Part shown: piece after piece, positions 1-13,509 of the stretch
Layout of the letters: each line of letters begins with the position of its first letter
Numbering within the stretch: position 1 is the stretch's first letter
Assembly: GCF_006345805.1 (NCBI RefSeq)
Contig: NC_043011.1
Span: 58,416,464-58,480,463, forward strand
Reading direction: 5' to 3'
Source of the DNA: Octopus sinensis
Taxonomy: Eukaryota
DNA: 64,000 bases
Position numbers and translations under genes: made by a program
Notes under the pieces: generated by a model
Told to the model about the DNA's origin: nothing
Seen by the model: only the letters and a program-made list of their open reading frames with translations
Database searches by the model: none

Positions 1-183
1 TATATATACATATATACGATAGGCTTCTTTCAGTTTCCGTCTACCAAATCCACTCACAAGTCATTGGTCGGCCCGGGGCTATAGCAGAAGACACTTGCCC
101 AAGATGCCACGCAGTGGGACTGAACCCGGAACCATGTGGTTGGTTGGTTAGCAAGCTACTTACCACACAGCCACTCCTGCGCC
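1..183 (-). mobile_element. tRNA-derived SINE family A, 5' half (cut by window start)
   Basis: Reverse complement GGCGCAGGAGTGGCTGTGTGGTAAG...GGGTTCAGTCCC (A/B-box-like) matches the full copy at 61150-61556. Confidence 0.85.
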
Positions 184-1169
184 TATATAAATTTACAACA
201 TAAATGAAGACGTTATAATTACACTATATATTTACTTCAAAAATACTTAAAATATTAAAAATAGCAAAAATACAAAAATAAATCTATATATGAAGGAAAC
301 ATTTACTGGTTTTTATAAATATATATATAAATATATATATATATAAATACGCACATACGTATGCACATATGTACACACACAACAAAATTTTGGCATATGC
401 ATATGTATGTTTATAGATATATCTACGCATGTATATATACATACATATATGTTTGCGTGTGTGTGTGTGTACAGATAGAAAGTTGGAGAGAGAGTATACC
501 CACACACATGCATACACGGATATATGTAGATGCACACACAAACATACATATAAACACAAATATATACATAGATACCTACACACGCAGAGGGCCGCACGCA
601 TTTAAGTGTTTGCATTCATATAAACGTTTATTACAATAATATATAAAAAATGGATTAACAACCGTAAAAGGATGACACCGTTTGTTGGAGAGGTACAGAG
701 GATGATGAGAGGAAATAAAATAGAAATAGAATGAAATAAAATAAATTGGATAAGATAAAGCAAAGGTCGTAGAGTACAAGGAGGTTCAATGTGCTGCGTT
801 AGATTCATGGATATATGTTTTTTTTTAATACACCATGGATATAAAATCTTTAAAGTTTTCTGGATATAAAAGCTTTAAAAGTTTCAATTTTTTAAAAAAG
901 TTTTAAAAGATTAAGTATGTATAAAATATTAGTGGATAAAGAATAGGTATAAAAGTTGATAGGGAGGTAGATAGAGAAGCAGATACATAGATAGATACAT
1001 ATCGAGATGTGGAAATATAGACAGACAGATAAACAGATCGACAGATAGACAAACAGACAGTCAGGCAGATAGATAGATAAATAGATAGATATCAGGTTGA
1101 GTAAGAAGTAATCAACCTTTTCAAACACGAAATTCATCACAATATACTTCAACAATGTGGAAATTTTAT

Positions 1170-2145
1170 TCATGAAAAGTAAGTACCATTCAAATCAACA
1201 CATTTTCGCCAACGAGTTATAACTTTGTATATTCCGGTAACATAAGAATCTAGAGTTCTGGGACTGGTGAACTCTTTGAAGGGACTTTCAGCATCGGTTT
1301 GAGTTTCGAACTTCTTCTCTCACAGGAAACCATCAAGGTGGTTGATAAAGTGGTAGTCGCTAGAAGAAAAATCTTGGGAATAACCTGGCTGGGAAGAACT
1401 TCTTAGTCAAGATCCCTCAACTTCTGGAGCAGCATTAGTGAAATGTGTGGTCGAGAATTGTCAGGAAAAATGACTGACCTTCTGGGATGGAGGAATAGCA
1501 ATTTTCCAATTATTTTGGAAATTTCATGGCCATATTTTTCTGCAGTAATGTTCCTCCCCACCCCAGGTTTTAAGAAGTTATAATGGATTGGTCCAGCAGA
1601 ACACCATCAAACAGTCATCATAACCTTCTTTTTGAAGAGATCTGGTTTAGAGAACGTGTTTTATTATTGTATACAATTCACTTTTCATCGCAATTACAAT
1701 ACGGCCAAGAAACAGATCGTTCTGGTTACGGAGAAGAAGCGACGAGCAAATGTCACTTCTGCGCAATTTCTGATTTTCATTCCAATCGCGTGGTACCCAT
1801 TTGTGGAGCTTTTTTCATATTCCGATCGCATGCAGATGGTTGCAGGCATTTTTCTGGCAAACTTGAAGTCCTTTTTCCAGTTTTCGATTGGTTTTACTTG
1901 GATCTTTCTCATTGAGAGTCATTAATTGATTGTCATCGATGATAGATGGGAGTCCACTACGTCCACGATTTTCAAGGTTCAGTTCTCCCTTGAGAAATCG
2001 TTTAAACCATTTTCGGACAGACCACTCACTCACCATTTCCTCGCCAAACGTTCCGTTGATATCGCGAACAGATTCAACTGCTTTACGTCCTTTTTTTGGA
2101 GTTCAAGAGCAAAATTGCTCGAATATCGCGCTTTGATATTTTCAT
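1170..2145 (-). pseudogene. Decayed mariner-family transposase
   Basis: Frameshifted minus-strand translation: MKISKRDIRAILL...VRKWFKRF...RSGLP (HTH), KWVP, SDYHF, C-terminal RWRKCVDLNGTYF. Confidence 0.9.
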
Positions 2146-2424
2146 CTCAGATGATGGTAACAATGGTAAAAAACAAAACACCAATGTTAATTAATTGATG
2201 CATTTGGGCAAGTCTATGTATGTATTATCAGACAATTGAAAAAAAAAATGTTTAAGAAAATTCATAACTCTGTAAAAATTCGGTACAAATTCTTCATGGT
2301 TCTAAATGTTTCTTACTGTTTATTAAACCTGATAGATACAAAGATAGTCCGGTAGGTAGTTAGAAGGAGAAATTGTTTACCCAACATGAGGGTGAAACAG
2401 GATGGCGACTGCGAGCGAATTTCG

Positions 2425-2471
2425 TCGACGGAAAACTTGTGGAAGTCTCTATATATATGTGTGTGTGTGTG

Positions 2472-2517
<46 letters not shown>

Positions 2518-2715
2518 TGTGTGTGTATTTGCGCTCATCCCTACCAGCTCTTCATAAAGGGTACTTGTTTGATTTCGCGCTAGCAGATTTGCAGTGCGGC
2601 AAGTAGGACGTAAAAATAGAAGTAGTGGGGTATACTGGGGTCAATTTGTTTTAATACAAAACATTGAAAGTGGTGCCCCAGCGTGAGCGTAGTCCATTGA
2701 CTACAAGTAATAAAA
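2425..2715 (+). mobile_element. Degenerate SINE family A, middle and 3' part
   Basis: GACGGAAA..(TG)n..GTGGTGCCCCAGCGTG..GTCCATTGACT resembles the family A tail. Confidence 0.6.
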
Positions 2716-2753
2716 CAAACTATACAAACATATAAATAGTTCCTGGATGCATT

Positions 2754-2794
<41 letters not shown>

Positions 2795-3082
2795 TATATA
2801 CATGCATGAATAAGTGTGTTATACCAGCATATAAGTAAAATCATTTTACCGTACGCATACCTACATAAAAAAGGAACAGATAAATAAACAAATCTATGAT
2901 TAAGTGACATCCAAATGAAAACGGGTTTACAATGAACACTTAAAAGGGTGGGAAGAAGGCGAGGAAAGTTGTATAATATGAACTAATCTATTATATATTA
3001 TTTTGTTTTGAAATTCGCAAATGTAACCTCTTTCTCTCTCTCTGTCTCTCTCTCTGTCTCTTTATCTGCGTATGTTTGTGTT

Positions 3083-3113
<31 letters not shown>

Positions 3114-3360
3114 GTATATATATATACACACATATATGTACATATACATATATATATATGTTTGTGCGTGTGGCTTTTGTATATGTGTATATATATATAT
3201 ACTTACATATGTTTATATGCATACATATGTATGCAATCATTATGTAGATGTATCTATATACACACATACATTGATAGGTGTGATATCATAAGAGTAAGCG
3301 TGAGTGCTTTGTGTGTGGGTATGTATGTATGATATTGTTTTTATGGGTGCATCTGTGCAC

Positions 3361-3417
<57 letters not shown>

Positions 3418-3544
3418 TACATATATACATATATATATATATATATGTATGTATGTGTGTGTGTGTATGTAATTGTGCTCGTGGAATCTAACTTAAGCCA
3501 AACAAACTCAGTAAACATTAATAGAAATTTTAAATAGCTATCTG

Positions 3545-3810
3545 CAACCATAAAACATCAAGTCAACAACATTAGTTGGAGAATATGAAATTTTTATTCC
3601 AACTAAAAATAAACGCTTAATCGCATTACACAATGATGCATTACAAAAATGTGGATTTTTCAGACAAAACACAATACTTACAAAATATAAGAAACAGACC
3701 AACAAGAAAATAAAAGACAGAAACAGCGGAGAAAAATTAATCTAGTACATATTAGCGACCAATATAGCTGGAAATTGTCTGTCTGTTGTTGATAGAGAAC
3801 TTTTTTATAA
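3545..3810 (+). pseudogene. Penelope-like element (PLE) coding remnant, post-RT region
   Basis: Broken translation VNNISWRI...HNDALQKCGF.DKTQY...QRRKI...TNIAGNCLSVVDR resembles the PLE segment RISNLSS...YNxALKKSGY...RKIIWFNPP...TNIGKKFL. Confidence 0.6.
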
Positions 3811-4589
3811 ATCATGAAAATGCATTAACCGACCAACCACACATACTATGATAGTAAATGTTTGTTTCGAGCAGATAGATATATCAGTGAAATATCCTTC
3901 ATAGTATATCCTACCGAATTACAAGGGAAAGACATATTGGTTTATGTAGTTCCAGATGCAGAAACCACGGAATTAAAAGTGTTGTGAATAGTTGGAAATC
4001 TTGCGATTATATTTCTGAATAAAGTTTGGGTTAATCAACAAAAACAACGATGGGTTAGTAAATAAAACAAAAACAAAAAAACAAAGCAGCTTCAGAACGG
4101 CATAAAATTGCAGGAAATATATACTCATTCGGAAACCGTAGCTGTACTATAAGTAAACCTACTTAAAGATTGCCACAGCAACGTTCAAAATACAAACGTG
4201 ATGCTACAACAGTCTATATTCCAATGAATATAATTGTAATATATCGCTTGTGTCAGAATGGGGAACGTGTAATCTCTGAAACATACAGAAAGCTTCTGCA
4301 AAAGAAATGTTTCCCATCGCGATAAAACGGCGTCTCAGAGTTTGTTTACGTTGTGCAGTAAGTACATTTGTTGTGTCAATATATTTATTTTAATATTGTA
4401 TTATTTTTCTAAATGTCATGTCACTCAATATACATTTTCTCTCATTGCTTTATTATTATTATTCTCGTTTATCTTTGAAATGAAAGCATGTTTTAATGCC
4501 CTGCTCTACTGTAGGCAGACATTGATTTTGACCTCTAAATGCTGACGGAAAAGGTAGTTCATATCCCTGGTTTTGACTTATAAATATTT

Positions 4590-4973
4590 ATTTCTTTACT
4601 GCCCACAGGAGTCTAAAAATAGAGGGGAAAAACAAGGACAGTCAAAAGGATTACGTCGTTTACATGGATACCAGTGTTTCACTGGTGCAAAATCGACCTC
4701 GGCGGAATTTGAACTCAGAAAGTAACGGCAGACGAAATACCTGTTTCTTTACTACCCACAAGGGGCTAAACACAGAGAGGACAAACAAGGACAGACAAAC
4801 GGATTCAGCCGATTATATCGACCCCAGTGCGCAGCTGGTACTTATTTAATCGACCCCGAAAGGATGAAAGGTAAAGTCGACCTCGGCGGAATTTGAACTC
4901 GGAACGTAACGGCAGACGAAATAACTCTAAGTATTTCGTCCGGCATGCTGACGTTTCTGCCAGCTCGCCGACC
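4590..4973 (-). mobile_element. tRNA-derived SINE family B, with partial internal duplication
   Basis: Reverse complement GGCGAGCTGGCAGAAACG...GAGTTCAAATTCCGCCGAGGTCGACTTTACCTTTCATCCTTTCGGGGTCG; many copies in window. Confidence 0.85.
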
Positions 4974-6771
4974 TTTTGACATATAAATATTGATAGAAAA
5001 AGAATACATTGAAACGCCTTTGTATTCAAAATTAATTATAGGGCCACTTAGGAGAAACTCGTCCTGCAACCTATACGCAGCAGCAGCAGATAAAATTGTC
5101 TCAAAATTCCTAGTATGTTCCTCAGTTACATACACATCGTACACTGAATCTTAGTCTAGAAAATGTCTTGCATTCAGCCATATTGTCTACACAACAAGCA
5201 ACAAGAGCAGCTGCTCAGAAATATCGTCACGTCGTTGCATATCGCATGTTTTATGAATGACTTTATTGCATCAAATTGACTTCTGATATTTTCCAGATGT
5301 ATCGCCCAATGATCGCCACATTTCTTGTTTCATTTGTGGTCGAGTGTTTAAGAAGTTCTCTTCACTTTCCCTACCCAGTCTTGTAATATCCAGTTCGATC
5401 AGTTTTGCAATAAAGATTATCGAAATAAGTGTTTTGTATGACTAAAGCCGGGAGTTGAATAAGTTAAACAAATCAGGGAAGTGATAAGTTATTATCGATA
5501 ACATGTAAAAACGAGCACTACTTGTTTAAAAATACCAATATCATTATTTCTATATTGATAGCATTCTAATATATTTTGTGTGAAATATAAAGGTCTCCCT
5601 CTATTCTTCTAGATATTGTGCTGCTTTTCGTTGAGACTGTGTCACTGTCAATAAGTATAACAGTGTAGGGAAAGACCATTTTTTTCGAAGAGTTAGAGAA
5701 CTTAACAATATGTATTTGATTTTCTATTTTAACTTCAAATCCTGTTGAATAATGTTAATGGGTTCACCAAATTTGGTTTAGCTAGACTCATTTCCTTAAT
5801 AGTCATAAACGAGTCATAAATCTGCCACTTAATAGCCGAAAAAGTAATATAGTATTGTATGTATGTATGTATGTATGTATGTATATCTTGCGTATGAATA
5901 AAAGGGAAACAATTTAAGCCCTGTCTTTGAAATGAGCTGCAAATTTTTATACAGCGTATGTAAATGAATTATTATTAAAATAAATGCAACTAACATAAAT
6001 ATTTACAGTAATTGTTCCAAAGTTGTAAAAGCAAAAATGGATGAACAAAAAACGTTTTATCTTCATAAAGATAATGAAGTCTGACTCGCAACCTATATTT
6101 AGAGGTTATCTGACGATGGAAGTATTCATTATTTGGATTAAAAACGAATCTGCTGTGCTCATATCTACATATAAACAATTAACCTTTTTGGCATATAAAC
6201 TAAGAGTTTGCCGCTTCATCCAAATGAACTGGTATTTCAGAATTAAATATTTACATTTATCGCATGACGTTCGGGAAACACGAATCATTATCTATCGAGA
6301 TGATGTTAATCAACAGCCATTGAAATGGTTCTATTATGAATCTGTCGACCCGACAAATTGCAACTAACTGACTGTATACGGCATACGTTGTTACAGTTTC
6401 CATTTACTACATTCTATAAGATATTAGTTCTGTTAGCGCTCAGCATTTAGAAACGTATAATTTTCTTAAATCATCTATCAATTTCTTAAAGATCTTTGTC
6501 GGTGGCGTGTAATACAAAATTGTGAATGTGGTTAGGCTAGAACTCACATTCATGTTGTTGATGTGCCTTCCATGTCCCAAATTTAATTCCACCCCGTTGT
6601 GCATGCGGCGTTTTACTCAACTTTACCACTGACTGGGATAAATCAATAGATTGTAAGTGAAATTTGAATATTGAAAGTTCTGCAGAGGCAACTGTACACT
6701 CAAACACACATACGCAAACGAACACGAACATATGTATACATAAATATATATGTATTTACATATGAACGTTT

Positions 6772-6812
<41 letters not shown>

Positions 6813-6847
6813 TCTTTCTCTCTCTCTCTCTCCCTGTCCTAATAAAT

Positions 6848-6950
6848 ATGCATGTATGTATGTATGCATGTATGTATGTATGTATGTATGTATGTATGTA
6901 TGTATGCATGTATGTATGTATGTATGTATGTATGTATGTGTGTATGCATG

Positions 6951-6982
<32 letters not shown>

Positions 6983-7008
6983 TGCATATATGTATGTATG
7001 TATGTATG

Positions 7009-7042
<34 letters not shown>

Positions 7043-7048
7043 TGTATG

Positions 7049-7080
<32 letters not shown>

Positions 7081-7120
7081 TGTATGTATGTATGTTGTAT
7101 GTATGTATGTATGTATGTAG

Positions 7121-7154
<34 letters not shown>

Positions 7155-7182
7155 TGATGTATGTATGTATATAGTATGTATG

Positions 7183-7216
<34 letters not shown>

Positions 7217-7293
7217 TGTATAATGTATGTATGTATATATGTATGTATGTATGCATGTATGTATGTATGCATGTATGTATGTATATATGTATG

Positions 7294-7325
<32 letters not shown>

Positions 7326-7405
7326 TGTATGTATGCATGTATGTATGTATATATGTATGTATGTATATATGTATGTATGTATGTATGCATGTATGTATGT
7401 ATGTA
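6848..7405. repeat. (ATGT)n tetranucleotide microsatellite, about 560 bp
   Basis: Directly visible tandem array. Confidence 0.97.
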
Positions 7406-7410
7406 TACAA

Positions 7411-7631
7411 TTTATTTCTGTAATGAAGCGACCATAGATATCATGTTAAGAAAATATCTTAATATCTTTACAATTTTTGAAGCCGATCACATGTAGAAAT
7501 GGTGTTTGTGTCCATTGTGGATGAAAAATTGGAGACGAGCACCATTGCTCCATGTGATCGGTTAAAAAAATCTTTACGATATTAAGATATTTTAACCATG
7601 AAACCAATGGTAGCCTTAATACACGAATAAA
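7411..7631. repeat. Imperfect fold-back inverted repeat, arms about 100 bp
   Basis: AAAATATCTTAATATC/GATATTAAGATATTTT and CCGATCACATG/CATGTGATCGG are reverse complements. Confidence 0.85.
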
Positions 7632-7741
7632 AAAAATTCATCCACCAATGAGATATTGAGCTCTCATTCTCATTGTCCGACATTTACGTATGTATATACA
7701 TACACATACTATAAACACACACATATATATATATATAATAT

Positions 7742-7827
<86 letters not shown>

Positions 7828-7991
7828 GGGGAGGGGTTATCAAAGGTGATGGTGTCAATAAGACCCATAGGTGTCAGATAATGCTGAGTAAGTGCTATGG
7901 ACAGACTATAGCTAAGCTCCAGGTTCGGTGATTATGTGAATGAGGAGTTCAACGTAGGTCATATATCCACATCTGTATATATATATATATA

Positions 7992-8529
7992 TAAAAATTC
8001 AGAATGAGATAAAAATCCAATGCTGTGAAAGATTTCAGAACATTTATAAATAGACGGTTTTACAGCCGTTTCCGAGGTATTTTATATATTCCTTCATCGG
8101 AGACGGTGTAAGAAAATGGAAAATGGTTTAGCAATAGTTATTTTAGATAAGATATGAAATAGGGTGTGAAGCGGAGTAATGAAATTAGACGTGAATTATC
8201 CAGGGATATTGCATCTGTATATTCATTATTTGGGCAGAATGGTATTTTTATAAGATTCCAAGGTACTGGAATCTTATATGTATACTATTCTGTCTAAATA
8301 ATAGATCTACAAATGCAATATCCCTGCCTATCTCACATCTATTTCCATTCCTCCGCTTCACTCTCTATTTCATATCTTATCTAAATTCACTATTTCTTAA
8401 CCATTTTCTCACACCGTCTCGGATGAAGGGACGTATAAAATATTCCGGAAATGGCTTTAAGAACTTCTATTTATAAATGTTCTAAAATCATTCACATCCT
8501 TGGATTTTTATGTCACTCTGGAAATTTTA
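7992..8529. mobile_element. 540-bp palindromic element between (TA)n tracts, each arm with a degenerate hammerhead motif (PLE inverted-pLTR-like)
   Basis: Arms reverse-complementary end to end around TATAAGATTCCA-aggtac-TGGAATCTTATA (about 8265); left arm minus strand GTCT CCGATGA..GAAAC GGCT GTA. Confidence 0.7.
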
Positions 8530-8979
8530 TATATATATATATATGTTGTTTTTTCCACTTCCAGTGTATGGCTACTTGTGGAATCCAATGTTGTCTCTCT
8601 AACTTTTCTCCTTTTGCCTCTCTGCCCGTCTGTCTCTCTGTCTCTCTCTCTCTCTCTCTCTGTCTTTTATTGTTGCATCAATAGCAATGCTCTCACGACC
8701 GAAGAGATGATTCCAATGAGTCGGGTTTCTGGAGAGAATGTACTGGTGAATGTGGAACAGTGCGGTTAGATTGTTGAAGGCAGAGTGCAAAAGTGCATGA
8801 TAAGACATGAAGCGTGACTGGGTAATGGAGATACAAGAGAAATAAGCTTCGAAAGAAAGGTCTTTATGTTCTGGATAAAAATGACAGACAGGGAAGGGAG
8901 TATGCATGAGGGGCAGTATATGGGGTTTGCATATTAATGACTGCATGTTAATCAGGCGTCCCCTGTAAGTGGTCCAAGA

Positions 8980-9011
<32 letters not shown>

Positions 9012-10180
9012 GCAGCAGAAATGTCCTAGCTGTGGGTCACAACTACATTGTGGACTGCAATTTAGCCTTCACAGTTTTTGTGTAATTAAATATTTCTTGA
9101 CCATGAGGCAATTAGTTCATTTTGGATATGCCGTCCTAGCTGTGCGAACGATATATTTTCACCGGGACAGAACACCGGTGACTGAAAGTAGACTGTAAAA
9201 TACAATTTTACTTCGGAATGTAGGTGTCCATTTTCCCTAAGAATACTGGTTAAGGTCGATGGTATTTGTTTGGCGCTCAACAATTTCCTAGTAATGACTG
9301 GAGAGTAATCGTTTTTTGAGCATCATTTGAATTCAGTAGAGATAATGGCAAAATAGATACAAAAGAGTCACCAATAGCGATAATATCACTTTCGTACCAA
9401 TCATTTGAAAATCGTTTATTTCTTTACTTTAATGGTTGATAAAATAAACAATCTTTGTTTCTTTGTATGATGTTTCTCTTTCTACGATCTAACAATGATA
9501 ATAGATTTCGAAAATACTCCTTTAGACATAACAGGAAAAGAAAATACAGATTTTTATCTTCCGGTACCCCCATAAGAATTACGATTCTAAATTAGAAAGA
9601 AAATATTTTCAAAATATTTTTAACACAAAAAAGCAATTATCTCATTGTGTAAGTTCATACTATGTGAACACAGATTGATAGCTACTAGAAAATCAAATAA
9701 AGATTATTACCAATATTTTCTCTTCTCGAATTGTACCAAATGGTCGGCAGTATCTATATTCAAAGCAATGTATGTTCAACGTATTAGAAGTGACGGAGGT
9801 CATTTGTGTGGGCGTCTGAGAAAAAGAAAGTTTAAAAAAATTAACATAGAAAGAGCGAAAGAATTGGAGAGACAGAAGAGAAATATAGTGAATATTTTTC
9901 TAGCTGTAAATAATGGATAATAAAAAGTGACTGCGAAGAAATGTGTGGTCGTCTGCGTAAGCATCGTATAATGGAGTTTCGGATAAATTTATCAGGCGTC
10001 AGTACATAACGAGTCTATCATTCTGGTGCACACTTTTCGATTGAAAGGGAAAACTTTTCATATGAAATAACAGATTTGATATCGTACGGAGGAAATATAG
10101 CAAAGGTAGGACGTGAGGTGCAAAACGGAAAGCTTAGACTTACCTCATATAAGACCAACATACAGCTACAATGGGTAGAT

Positions 10181-10627
10181 AAGAAAATGGAGGGGATACA
10201 AAACGACCTACATCAGCCAGTAGACAATTCCAGTGAGTCTATTTATTCCAATGCTTTACAAAGAATTAGAAGAAAACATACACATGTAGTAACTATGTGT
10301 TACACACACATGTATTAATATTACAGAAAAGAGCAAAACATCTGTTCGTCTGAAGAAGTTCCAAACTCCATCTGCCCATCCCTACAGAACACTGAAGAGA
10401 TGGAGGTGGCATGGAGGAATTCGTTGCCTCTTGGCATAAACGGCATTAAGGAACTGATCTTTTGCCCTTTTCTGTAATATAAATATATGTGTATGTGTGT
10501 GTGTGTGTGTGTGACACATAGTTACTACAAGTCTATGTTTTCTTCTAATACTTTCTAATCATTGGAAGAGACACATTGGAATGTCTACCGGATGATGTAT
10601 GCCGTTTCGTATCCCCTATATTTTTTT
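10181..10627. repeat. Long imperfect inverted repeat, arms about 170 bp
   Basis: AGGGGATAC/GTATCCCCT, TGTAGTAACTATGTGT/ACACATAGTTACTACA, TATTACAGAAAAG/CTTTTCTGTAATA. Confidence 0.85.
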
Positions 10628-11099
10628 AATTGCCGGATATATATCTGTGTGTATGTGCGTATGTGTGTGTTTGCGTGTGTAAGTATATACATACATGGAC
10701 TTGTCCTTAGTATACAATCGCCCATATACACGTGGTTTTAATTTCATACTTGCTCCAATAACCCAATACACTCATTACTAACGATGTTTATTAATATTCT
10801 ATGCCTTGCAATTCTCCCATCATAAATTCTGTCTTCCTATATTAGATATTAAGACTCTGCGGGTCGTTCTTCATCTGCTTCAATTCCCTCATCCATCACG
10901 TTTTATCTCCTGGCGTCAATCACAACTTGAACCTGGACATCAAATACATCAATCTCACCGAGAGTTTCGGGACTTTGAAAGTTCATATGTTATCTACCAC
11001 ATAAGTAAACGTTTTCTATCTATCTAGACTTACATCCCTCTCATTCTGTTACTCTATCTCTCCCCCTCTCTCTCTATTTGTTCACACACGCACACACAT

Positions 11100-11132
11100 G
11101 CATATATATATTATATATATATATATATATAT

Positions 11133-11213
<81 letters not shown>

Positions 11214-11396
11214 GTGTATACATACATATGCATACATACACACACTCATACATATATGTACAAATATATATATAATATATATACATACGTATATATACAC
11301 TTATATATATATGCACGTATATATATACATATAAATATATACACGTATATATATATATATATATACATATATATACATATATATATATATATATAT

Positions 11397-11488
<92 letters not shown>

Positions 11489-11500
11489 CGTATGTATGTA
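11100..11500. repeat. (TA)n-rich microsatellite block, representative of many in the window
   Basis: Directly visible. Confidence 0.95.
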
Positions 11501-12159
11501 TAGAAATGTGTTTGTGTATGTATGTGTATTCGTGGTTGCATATGTTTCCCTTAAGTGTGTCTAATCACGGAGCTTTTCTACGGCAAACTGTTTCCATAAG
11601 TGTTTTCAAACGTGTTTCTATTAGTACGATAATAACACGTCACGTAAATTTATTGCAGAAGGTCTCTAATCAAAATAATTCATTTTACTGAGAAGTTCTC
11701 CTTTATTAATGTCGTTCATTATTTTCTTCCCATCCTAATTTTGTTAGTAATTTAAATACTCCTTTCCGCTATCATTCATTGTTTAAAGATAACTATGTTC
11801 TACATTATGATATCGCTTGTACGCATTTTAAAAGGTTAATGAGTTGGTAGTGTTGATATAATAAATGAAATATTAAAGACAAAGTTCAGTAATGGATCCA
11901 ATATTAAAGACTATGTCCATTTTCTCATGACTCTGTTGCGGCTATTTTATTGCTTTAACATAAATACGTTGTTGTTTGGTTCAATAAATTAAATAGTTCC
12001 CTGTTGCAATCGGCATGACAAATAGGTATTTATTTTGTAAGCAGATATTTTTGGGGGTTGATACAATAAATATTTGCATTAGAATGTATTATACAGTGAA
12101 GGGGGGAATATAAAGCGGTTGCTGTAATATTTGTTTAACAGTATTTTGCAAGCATTTCA

Positions 12160-12650
12160 AGGCGGCGGGCTGGCAGAAGCGTTAACACTCCGGACGAAAT
12201 GCTTAGCAGTATTTCGTGTGCCGCTACGTTCTGAGTTCAAATTCCGCCTTTCATCCTTACGGGGTCGATTAAATAAGTACCAGTTACGAACTGGGGTCGA
12301 TATAATCGACTTAATCCGTTTGTCTGTCCTTGTTTGTCCTCTCTGTGTTTAGCGCCTTGTGGGTAGTAAAGAAATAGGTATCTCATCTGCCGCTACATTT
12401 TGAGTTCAAATTCTGCCGAGGTCAACTTTGCTTTTCATCCTTTCGGGGTCGATTAAATAAGTACCAGTTACGAACTGGTGTCGATATAATCGACTTAATC
12501 CGTTTGTCTGTCCTTGTTTGTCCTCTCTGTATTTAGCCCCTTGTGGGCAGTAAAGAAACAGGTATCTCGTCTGCCGCTACATTCTAGAGTTCAAATTCCG
12601 CCGAGGTCTACTTTGCCTTTCATTCTTTAGGGTTCGATAAATTAAGCACC
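12160..12650 (+). mobile_element. SINE family B, head-to-tail multimer (about 2.5 units)
   Basis: Unit of about 170-185 bp restarts at about 12378 and about 12562 after GTAAAGAAA(T/C)AGG. Confidence 0.85.
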
Positions 12651-12669
12651 ACTTGCATACTGAGATGTA

Positions 12670-12845
12670 TGCGGTTCTGTTTGTGTCTGTCGCCCACCAT
12701 CCTTTGGCAATCGATGCTGGTTTTTTATACGCCACCATAACGTAGCAGTTCGACAGTACGTCGATGGATTTGTCCTATTAAACACCTCAAAGCGGTGCAC
12801 CAGCATGGCCGCAGTCCAATGACTGAAACAAGTAAAAGACAATAG
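12670..12845 (+). mobile_element. SINE family A, 3' part
   Basis: CGATGCTGG...GCGGTGCACCAGCATGGCCGCAGTCCAATGACTGAAACAAGTAAAAGA. Confidence 0.8.
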
Positions 12846-13282
12846 GCAAAAATAATATCTAAGGCGTAATTAACATAATTAGTAACAGCTTATTTTTGTG
12901 AGGGAACTATAATGTCGGTCCAAGTCTTACAACCATTTTATTCCAGTTTAACGAATGTATACGAAAGGTCGCCTGGCATGTTTAACCGCCATTGAAAATC
13001 CACAGCAGAAGAACATCTATTCAGTAATTTGTTGAAAGTTTAAGCCACTAATTAAAAATAGAGCTCGTGATGTATATTCGTTGGTGTAATGAGAGACATG
13101 ATTAAAGATTTAATAATTCCGATATGTTATGTGTGCGATAAATAATAAGGGTGTAAGGGCTCATTTGGTTCCTAGAATATTAAAACCTAAGAGAGCATAA
13201 AATATTTCAATATCTAATTTGTGTGTAATACGTGAATCTCGTGGCGACTCTAAAATAACTCTTTTATATTTGTGTGCGTGTG

Positions 13283-13334
<52 letters not shown>

Positions 13335-13343
13335 TATATATAA

Positions 13344-13379
<36 letters not shown>

Positions 13380-13398
13380 CACATATATGTGTGTGTAT

Positions 13399-13440
<42 letters not shown>

Positions 13441-13458
13441 GTATATACATATATATAT

Positions 13459-13509
<51 letters not shown>

